A DNA stretch of 64,000 nt from an uncultured Gammaproteobacteria bacterium (GTDB lineage: Bacteria; Patescibacteriota; Patescibacteriia; Magasanikbacterales; GWA2-37-8), in assembly GCA_964444705.1 (NCBI GenBank), contig CAYUHX010000002.1, positions 22,869 through 86,868 of the forward strand, in the 5' to 3' direction. Positions 38,551-45,405 of the stretch are shown piece by piece; positions within the stretch are counted from its first letter, which is position 1; each line of letters starts with the position of its first letter. The notes under the pieces are model-generated. The model was given only the letters and a program-made list of their open reading frames with translations. It searched no databases and was not told where the DNA came from. Both the position numbers and the translations under genes were made by a program.

Positions 38551-39075
38551 TCAGTTGCAGCCGGCCGGAGTGCAACCACTCGGGCAGTCTTGGGTAGCTG
38601 CGGCGCAGTAGCCTTCGGGCAGGCACTTGCCCGTGGCGTACATCATCACGCCGCCGCCGCTGTAGTTGACGCACTTCTTCACCGTGCCGCTCAGCGAGCA
38701 GCAATCAAGATCGGATCGGCAGGCATTGCACCCTCCGATGACTGCAGTCTCTGGCGGTACGCACAGTTTGGTGCCGTCTTTTTGGGTGTGGCAGTTGGAC
38801 CATCTCCAGCAGCTGGTCACGAAGGGGCACAGCGCCCCTTCCGCCATTCCCTCGCACCGCCGAACCGTGTTCGGTTCGTACGGCCCGGTGCAGAGACCGC
38901 CAAGGTCGATGGTCGGTTGGGACGTCATCAGATCGGCCGGGCTGCCGCCGTCCATGATCGACATGAGGTCGTCGTTGGCAGGGGTGATTCTTGCCATCGA
39001 TCCGTCTGTCGACGGGTTGCAGGCGATGGTGAGAGCAGTCAGTGCTACATAAAGAGACAAACTCGGAGTGCGCAT
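38551..39075 (-). CDS. cysteine-rich secreted lipoprotein, hypothetical, GC-rich
   Basis: MRTPSLSLYVALTALTIAC signal/lipobox. About 20 Cys in about 150 mature residues (CNAC, DCCS, CPSGC). About 63% GC. Confidence 0.5.
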   Translation of the reverse strand: MRTPSLSLYVALTALTIACNPSTDGSMARITPANDDLMSIMDGGSPADLMTSQPTIDLGGLCTGPYEPNTVRRCEGMAEGALCPFVTSCWRWSNCHTQKDGTKLCVPPETAVIGGCNACRSDLDCCSLSGTVKKCVNYSGGGVMMYATGKCLPEGYCAAATQDCPSGCTPAGCN

Positions 39076-39255
39076 TGTGTTCCTTTCGTCGCGCGACGCC
39101 CCTATGGCGCCCGACCCTTTTTCTCGGGTCTAAAAAATGCCTCCCCACACGAGAGACATTGTTTGGATCAGAGATAAGAACGAACGCGTGAATTTAACCC
39201 AAGGAATATCATGAAATACTTAATTAGTCAATTAATATAGGGTGAATATTTCGAT

Positions 39256-40989
39256 TTATTTTTTTTCAGAATTACCACCGTGCGAGCCAGGTGTTCCTTC
39301 ATTGCCGCTTCTTCGGGTGGGAAAAGCCGCTCGTAATTTTGGAACTTCTTTTTTACGAGTAAGTTCGCCCGGAGCTTTTATTTCTCCGGTTTTAAAATAA
39401 TGAACGGCTCGGCCGCGACTTTCCTCATTAAAACCAGTATTAGTAGCATTGGGTTCTAAAAACAGCGCCTGTTTTTCGGGTGGTTCGGAGAAATAGGGTG
39501 CGAGCAGCTCCAGTACTCGTTCTACATTCACTGGTTCGCCGCCGTAATCTTCTAACCCCGCCAGCATTGCTTTGGCTTTTGTTTTAAATTCAGCAAAGCG
39601 TGCAGGTAAACTTCCTCGTACCTCGGCTGAGTCGGTAAAAATAATGGTGAGCGGTTTTCCGAGGCGATCAAGTTGTGAAATTTCTTTTGCCACTTCTTTA
39701 GGAGTAGTAAAAAAACTTTCATCAATTGCTACTAATCCTTTGGTAGAGCGTTCAATTTGCGTGCCCAAGCGTTCCGACCAGTTGGCCACGCCGCCGTCAA
39801 TCGACACATTCAGGCGAGCGAGCGCCAATACCGCGGGTGAAACTGTGGCGGCTGCTCCGGGTTTAGGTTCGGCGCGGGTAAGACGTTGTTGGTCGATTGC
39901 CATTTGCATGCCAAGTTGCTCGGAAAGCAAGGCGCACAGTTCAAGCATGGGGCCAGCCTTGGTGCTGCGGTATGATACAAAGAAAAAATCGAGACCGTTT
40001 TCTTTTAAACGATTGCGCAACTCTTCGCGTAGGCGGGCAACCTTGCCCAAAAATTTTTTGACCACGGCTTGATCGGGAATTGAACGGATATCTGCTGCCA
40101 ATTGTATAATTTCATCAGCCAGCTGTTTCCACGATCCTTTCATTTCGGCTGTGAGTTCTTTAAGAGCAGTCAAACCTTCAGTTGGAGAAAGTGTTTCAGT
40201 TGTAGTTGCGCCCGCTTTTGCTGCTTTCACTTCATCAAAAGTAAAATCATCATCATCATTGAGCACGCGGCCACGGCGAATAAATTCTTGGATAATAGTT
40301 TTTCCTTCTTGTGAGAAAGAGGTAGTGCCATCGGTGGTAATGCGACACGCATTAAGCTTTCTTAGTTTAAGCACTGCATCACTGCCTTGAGTTTTAGCCA
40401 ACTGAGAAAAATAGCCTTCTTTGCCCGGTTTATCGTTGAATTTAGCGAGCTCGGCTTGGGGCCCAAACCATACCATCATAATGGGTTTTTTAGCCGCCTG
40501 CAGGGCCTCCATTTTTTCAATCACCGAATTAAATTCAGCCGGGTTGGTAAAAAATTCAGGTGTAATAAATACGGCCGCATGTGAGCAGGAAGCAATGTCT
40601 GTCGTCGTGCCCACTGCTTCTGCCGAAGTGTGAAAACGATTGCCCAGTTTGGCTGCATTTTTTAATTCGGCATCAAGGCCAGCTTTGAGTTCATTAAAAC
40701 CAACGCGTGCAGACCCCTGTTCGTCGGCAAGGGCGACGCTCGTTTCGTCTAAAGACAGATATAGTCGCGTTGGTCGCCACACCTCTTTATTTTCTCCAAG
40801 GCATACTCTGAGAGCCTCACGTAGCTGTGCCAGGCCACGCAATCGTCTGCTTCTTTCACTGGAATCAAGAAGGGGTGGGGCGTCTTTTAATGCTTCACAT
40901 TTTTGCTGCAAAGCATCAAGTTTTCGATCAATGGCCTCGCGTTGCATTTGTTCGGCCGCCGCCGCACGAGAAGATTCAAAATCGGTCAT
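39256..40989 (-). CDS. protein with two tandem TIR-like domains, each preceded by a coiled-coil segment
   Basis: Internal repeat at aa about 75-180 and aa about 334-456. Unit B: DFFFVSYRS (TIR betaA-like DvFISY) ... GLVAIDESFFTTPKEVAKEI ... KPLTIIFTDSAEV (TIR betaD-like IPIFY.VDPS.V). Unit A: AVFITPEFFTNPAEF ... KPIMMVWFGPQAEL. Confidence 0.5.
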   Translation of the reverse strand: MTDFESSRAAAAEQMQREAIDRKLDALQQKCEALKDAPPLLDSSERSRRLRGLAQLREALRVCLGENKEVWRPTRLYLSLDETSVALADEQGSARVGFNELKAGLDAELKNAAKLGNRFHTSAEAVGTTTDIASCSHAAVFITPEFFTNPAEFNSVIEKMEALQAAKKPIMMVWFGPQAELAKFNDKPGKEGYFSQLAKTQGSDAVLKLRKLNACRITTDGTTSFSQEGKTIIQEFIRRGRVLNDDDDFTFDEVKAAKAGATTTETLSPTEGLTALKELTAEMKGSWKQLADEIIQLAADIRSIPDQAVVKKFLGKVARLREELRNRLKENGLDFFFVSYRSTKAGPMLELCALLSEQLGMQMAIDQQRLTRAEPKPGAAATVSPAVLALARLNVSIDGGVANWSERLGTQIERSTKGLVAIDESFFTTPKEVAKEISQLDRLGKPLTIIFTDSAEVRGSLPARFAEFKTKAKAMLAGLEDYGGEPVNVERVLELLAPYFSEPPEKQALFLEPNATNTGFNEESRGRAVHYFKTGEIKAPGELTRKKEVPKLRAAFPTRRSGNEGTPGSHGGNSEKK

Positions 40990-41224
40990 ACAGGTATAAA
41001 AAATAATTATGGTAGATAGTCAACTACCTTAATACAATCATTCTAAATAATCAATTTGAAAAAACAAAACCCCTATCATTATTGAGAAGGGGTTTCGGAG
41101 CATCAAGTGCTTCTTCAGCCTCTCGTTATTACTACAAAGCGTTTATAGAAATAACGAGTCTGGAGGTTGGAGAGGCGTCGCAGCTCGTCGGTCGTGGACG
41201 GCTGGCCGACCTGGGGCGCTGTCC

Positions 41225-42325
41225 TTAGAGGGCACCGACCCGACGCATAATCTCGATCGCCGCCTTGAGGAGCGCTTCTTCCGTCGCGTTCTGGCGGCGG
41301 TCGTCCAGCCCTTCCTCACCATAAGGACCATGATCCGTCTCGCTCTCAACGTACGCGCTCGCCGCAGGCGTGTGGTCTTCGGGCCAGACGCTGATACCTT
41401 CGAAGCGTTGGTCGCTCCCGAAATCAACCGCCCGGAGCATAAGGACGAGCTCCTCGGCACCGGTTTCCGTCGGGGTGTTATCCATCGCGATGTAGTCGGT
41501 GCTCATGCACCGAACAATCAACGCGGCCCGCTCCCACAGCGACGCAATCTTGGTTGCGGGCGTGTGCTCCGTCACCCGCTCGTAGCGCAGTGGCCTTCCG
41601 CTAAAGTGTGACAGCATCCTCTCGATCATGGTGAGATCGTCCATGGCGTGGTGGAAGAGTACAAGCGGGATCTTGCTCGCCGCGATCTCCGCATCCACCC
41701 GGGTCGCCTCCTTCGCGAGATTGATCTTGTCAGCTCGCACCCCGCCGCGAGTGAGGAGTTTGAAGCCACCGTCCGTTGCTTCCGTATTGATGTTGATACG
41801 ATGCGCATCGGCGTGGGTGGCTGCCAGGTCGGCGGAATCTTTAAGGTTACGTCCCTTGGCGATGCTGATGTAGAACCCCCGTGATGCCCGGGCCGCGACA
41901 TCGTCATATTCCGCTACCTCGTTTCCGAGAAGGAACATGAGACCGTCATTTCCCTCCACCAAGGGCGCTAAGGATGCTGCCCCCCAACACACGTTGGCGA
42001 AGATGCCGAGAACGCTGGGGAATTTTCGGACCAGTCGGGTGAGGTGCGCGGGGACGAGGATGAACGGTTCCCCATCCTCAGTCGTCAGGATGATTTCCGC
42101 TTCATTGCCGTGGCCGATGAAGTGGATGATGTGGGGGCTGAAATCCGTCAGAGCATCGGACAAGGCTTCGAGCGTGCCGTCCGCACAGAAGCGGAATTCA
42201 AACTCGTTCGTTCGTCCAGCCTTTTCAAGGGCGCTGATGATTCTTTCCATCTCCCCCTGGCCCACCTTGTTTGCAGTCTTTGGAATGGCCTCGAACACTA
42301 ATACGCGAATCGGCGGCATGTTCAC
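41225..42325 (-). CDS. CHAT/caspase-like (peptidase C14-fold) domain protein with C-terminal domain of unknown function
   Basis: HIIHFIGHGNE (CHAT HfaGHG motif, His72) and LGIFANVCWGAAS (catalytic Cys113) give the caspase His-Cys dyad spacing. C-terminal 200 aa unassigned. About 62% GC. Confidence 0.55.
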   Translation of the reverse strand: MNMPPIRVLVFEAIPKTANKVGQGEMERIISALEKAGRTNEFEFRFCADGTLEALSDALTDFSPHIIHFIGHGNEAEIILTTEDGEPFILVPAHLTRLVRKFPSVLGIFANVCWGAASLAPLVEGNDGLMFLLGNEVAEYDDVAARASRGFYISIAKGRNLKDSADLAATHADAHRININTEATDGGFKLLTRGGVRADKINLAKEATRVDAEIAASKIPLVLFHHAMDDLTMIERMLSHFSGRPLRYERVTEHTPATKIASLWERAALIVRCMSTDYIAMDNTPTETGAEELVLMLRAVDFGSDQRFEGISVWPEDHTPAASAYVESETDHGPYGEEGLDDRRQNATEEALLKAAIEIMRRVGAL

Positions 42326-42608
42326 CTCTCTGTTGGGATTTCAGAACTGCGGTCTTTGGCGTCCATTACCTGGAGCCTTCCGCAATAGCAACAGGGTTCT
42401 GTATAAACCCTGCTTTTATCGCGAAAGGTGTCAGGCTAGGTTTAGCCCAAGTTCACATTTTTATTTTTAAATTATGAATGAACGGTCGCAGATGTAATCC
42501 ATTCCACATGGCTCATTGATTTTTATGAGCAATCGGGAATGGAGGGGGCCGGCCGGGTGCAGAAGGCACCGGCAGCGAAGAGGCCCCACGTCCATGTGTT
42601 CTTTGTTC

Positions 42609-43652
42609 TTAGGCGGGCTGCGCAGCCGTCGGGGCCGGGCCGGCCCCGACCTGAGCCGTGGACTCGCTCTTGAACCAGGCGCCGGCGTTCGCGAGAAGCG
42701 CCTTCTCGACCAGTTCCACGAGCGCCTTGAGGTCGCTGCCCTCGTCCACCGAGATGGCGAGCGGCTCCAGCACGTTGAGGGTCTGGAGGCAGAGGGCGAG
42801 CCGAAGCTCGTCCTCCGGGCTCTGCCGCGCGGCCGAAGCGACGCCGACCAACCATCCGAGACCCGCGAGCGGCAGCACCGTCTCGAGCACCCCCAGCCCA
42901 CCGTTCAGCCACCAGACGCGGCTGGTGAGCATGGCCAGCTCCTCCTGCTTCTTGCGCAGGTAGGAGAGCTGGCCCTTGTCCACGTCCGTCAGCCTCTCGG
43001 TGACGTAGGTGGCCGGGGTCAGCAGCGCCGTTTTGAGGTTTTTCTCGATGTCAGCCATCTCATCAGAGCTGAGCTTGTCCAGCGCGCAGGTGGGGATGGC
43101 CGCTCCCACCTTGCCGATGAATTCCTCGCGGGTGAGGAGGCTGGCCCTGAACGTGAAGAGGAGGCTCTTGATCTGCTCGGACGCGACCCTGCACAGCTGG
43201 TGCACGCGTCCGTAGCGCGCCACCCCGCCCCGCAGCAGCCCCACCAGAGCAGCCAGTGCTGAAGCGCTGACCGCCGGGTGCCAGGCGTGCCAGGGGATGA
43301 GGTGGAAGCCGCAGGCCGCGATGAGCATGGTGAGAGGCAGGAGCACAATCGCTCGGCGTCGCCAACGCACGGGCTTCTCAAGCGGCGTCAGCCCCACCAC
43401 GAGGGTGAGAAGCAGGGCGCCGATGAGCGTCTCGTTGGGTAGCCAGTTCTTGGTCGCCAAGACGGCCGCCAGCACCACGATGGGCGCCAGCACCTTGACG
43501 AGGCGGTTGAGGCGCTGGGCCATGGCGTCAGCGCGACTCGCAGTCTTGCTGCACTCGCGCTGCTTGGTCGCCGCGTGCCGCAGCGCTTGGACATTGCCAG
43601 TTGTCGGGGTGTACGGTTTCGTCGCAGGAGTCGTCGGGTCGTCCATCTGCAC
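42609..43652 (-). CDS. multi-pass membrane protein (4 N-terminal TM + 1-2 C-terminal TM), hypothetical effector
   Basis: Hydrophobic helices LVKVLAPIVVLAAVLA, LIGALLLTLVVGL, AIVLLPLTMLIAACGF and WWLNGGLGVLETVLPLAGLGWLVGVASAA. About 65% GC. An AT-rich promoter region lies upstream. Confidence 0.45.
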   Translation of the reverse strand: MQMDDPTTPATKPYTPTTGNVQALRHAATKQRECSKTASRADAMAQRLNRLVKVLAPIVVLAAVLATKNWLPNETLIGALLLTLVVGLTPLEKPVRWRRRAIVLLPLTMLIAACGFHLIPWHAWHPAVSASALAALVGLLRGGVARYGRVHQLCRVASEQIKSLLFTFRASLLTREEFIGKVGAAIPTCALDKLSSDEMADIEKNLKTALLTPATYVTERLTDVDKGQLSYLRKKQEELAMLTSRVWWLNGGLGVLETVLPLAGLGWLVGVASAARQSPEDELRLALCLQTLNVLEPLAISVDEGSDLKALVELVEKALLANAGAWFKSESTAQVGAGPAPTAAQPA

Positions 43653-43870
43653 CTCTTTCAGGGGTGTGGGGTTACAGGAAAAACAAATCTCTAAATAACC
43701 ATCTTATAAAGAAACACATGGATTGTAATGAGCAAAATCAGTAGGAATCTGAAAATGATGTACTACCAAACCTTTTTCAAATTCTTAAGCTGAATTTTAA
43801 GTGAGAGAGAGTTTTTAGAGAAGAAAAATTAAGTGAATGAAGAAGAAAAAAATTGAAAATTTCTGGGGGG

Positions 43871-43916
43871 CCTGATCGCCGTCGTCTGCGCGTGGGGCAG
43901 GGCGACGGCGATCAGG
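43871..43916. terminator. 14-bp perfect inverted repeat hairpin (terminator between convergent or adjacent island genes)
   Basis: cctgatcgccgtcg-tctgcgcgtggggcaggg-cgacggcgatcagg. Confidence 0.45.
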
Positions 43917-43958
43917 TGGTCTTCTGTACGCGCACGGGGGTGAGATGAGGTAGCGGGC

Positions 43959-44441
43959 CTAGCCGCCGCGGATGCTACCGTCGCGGAGCTGATCGTCCTC
44001 GTCGCGCGAGGGGCGGCCGTTCAGTGGCTCGTCGATGCAGCGCAGGTGCTCGTCCCGGCAGCGGTGGCTGTTGTCCAGCTCGAGGAGCTTGCTCAGCTCG
44101 ATCGCCGGGAAGCTGGACGTCCAGCTCAGCCGCCAGCCGTTGCTGTGCCAGGCGGCGACCACCGCCTTCTCCACCTCGGGGTGGCTCATCAGCTCGATGA
44201 GCTGCTGCGCCTTGTCCCGGTGCAGGTCACCGCCGAGGCCGATGAACATCGACCCTCGGTCCTGGTCCTCCATCTGCATGAAGAAGGTGATGAGCGGGTT
44301 GGCCCGCCGCACCATCTCCTGCACCTCGTGGGCGGTCAGGGGCCGCGGCTTGGGCCGGTGCGCGTCGGGGATGCCGTCCCCGTTCGCGTCGGGGAAGGTG
44401 CTGCCCGGTGAAGTTGTTTCACGATCAGGGTTCCAAGGCAT
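43959..44441 (-). CDS. GC-rich hypothetical protein with DGDGIPD (thrombospondin type-3-like Ca-binding) motif
   Basis: Start chosen at MPWNPD with GGAGGA SD 6 nt upstream. The track ORF extends to 44543. About 65% GC. Confidence 0.4.
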   Translation of the reverse strand: MPWNPDRETTSPGSTFPDANGDGIPDAHRPKPRPLTAHEVQEMVRRANPLITFFMQMEDQDRGSMFIGLGGDLHRDKAQQLIELMSHPEVEKAVVAAWHSNGWRLSWTSSFPAIELSKLLELDNSHRCRDEHLRCIDEPLNGRPSRDEDDQLRDGSIRGG

Positions 44442-44779
44442 GGGTCGTCCTCCAACAGTGCATCGCCGTGGTTTCTCACAACACAAACGCTTGTGGGCGC
44501 TGTGTTCCCTATCGCCGGCGTGCGACAAGGGTAATAAACTCAAAAAAATGTAAGTTTAGTATCCTTGCCACATTTTCGGCGACACTGCGTACAAAAGAGT
44601 TATTTTTGGCTAATTTATCTGTAGTGGATAAAAAAGACACGAAAATAACTATTCATTATAGCATATTTTTACTCGTTTGTCAACGGAACCATGCGGACAA
44701 AATTTTTATATCCTGCACCATTGAATAGTTTAAAAATTATGCTATAGTGGCTAAGTATATACTTATTTTATCTTAATAT

Positions 44780-45388
44780 ATGCCCCGTGAACGAAGTTGG
44801 CCTCCGCAAGAAGGTGACGTAGACAAAAAGAAACCAAAAGAGAAGCCGGCTGAGCAACCTAAACCACCTCGAGAAAGAGCCAAGAAAAAAAATACTATAA
44901 ATGTGTACAGCGCGGATGGTCTGATTGAGGCGGCTGACCCTGGTGTAGCTACCTCAGCGGAGGAGGACGCATCCACATCTTCTGCCGCTGAAACTTCTCC
45001 AGACATTAAACTCACTCCTGAAACCGCGGAAGCGGGGCTTACAAGAGCGCTCGAATTAATACGTGCTGCACTAGAAAGATTATGTAAAGACTCGGGTAAT
45101 CGTGCCCGTTTAGAAACAAAGCTTCCCATTCCTTTAAGTAAAGGTATGGGGGAGTTACGCGGTCTTTTACTTGAGCTCACCCGTCTGTGGAAGGAAAAAA
45201 AATTAATGGAGCGATTGAATCAGGTGGCCCATCGCGGGCATATTGATTTGTGTGAACCAGATTTTGAATCTAGTTTTCCTAGCCTTGGGGCGCGATGGTT
45301 TGAAAAACCTGAAGAAGTAGACCCTGTGGATGCCATGAAAGAGGGGTCACCGGCGGGTGGGGCATCCGGCGGAAGATCGTGGGTATAA
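44780..45388 (+). CDS. hypothetical protein (Lys/Pro-rich N-terminus), uncertain
   Basis: 202-aa ORF overlapping the ileS start. An antisense ORF also exists. No recognisable motif. Confidence 0.3.
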   Translation: MPRERSWPPQEGDVDKKKPKEKPAEQPKPPRERAKKKNTINVYSADGLIEAADPGVATSAEEDASTSSAAETSPDIKLTPETAEAGLTRALELIRAALERLCKDSGNRARLETKLPIPLSKGMGELRGLLLELTRLWKEKKLMERLNQVAHRGHIDLCEPDFESSFPSLGARWFEKPEEVDPVDAMKEGSPAGGASGGRSWV

Positions 45389-45405
45389 CAGTCAGAACAA
45401 CTACT

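Noticed and set aside
37538-39177. Plus-strand ORFs (37538..38185, 38539..39177, 38666..39052) overlapping the phosphoesterase and Cys-rich lipoprotein genes
   Set aside because: Spurious open frames caused by high GC. The minus-strand frames carry recognisable motifs (GDxxD/GNHE/GHDH; lipobox).
41143-44553. Numerous overlapping ORFs on both strands within the 41.1-44.5 kb GC-rich stretch (e.g. 42516..43262+, 42523..42912-, 43019..43381-, 44035..44553+)
   Set aside because: Arg/Ala/Pro-rich low-complexity translations. Only one frame per locus shows TM helices or catalytic motifs.
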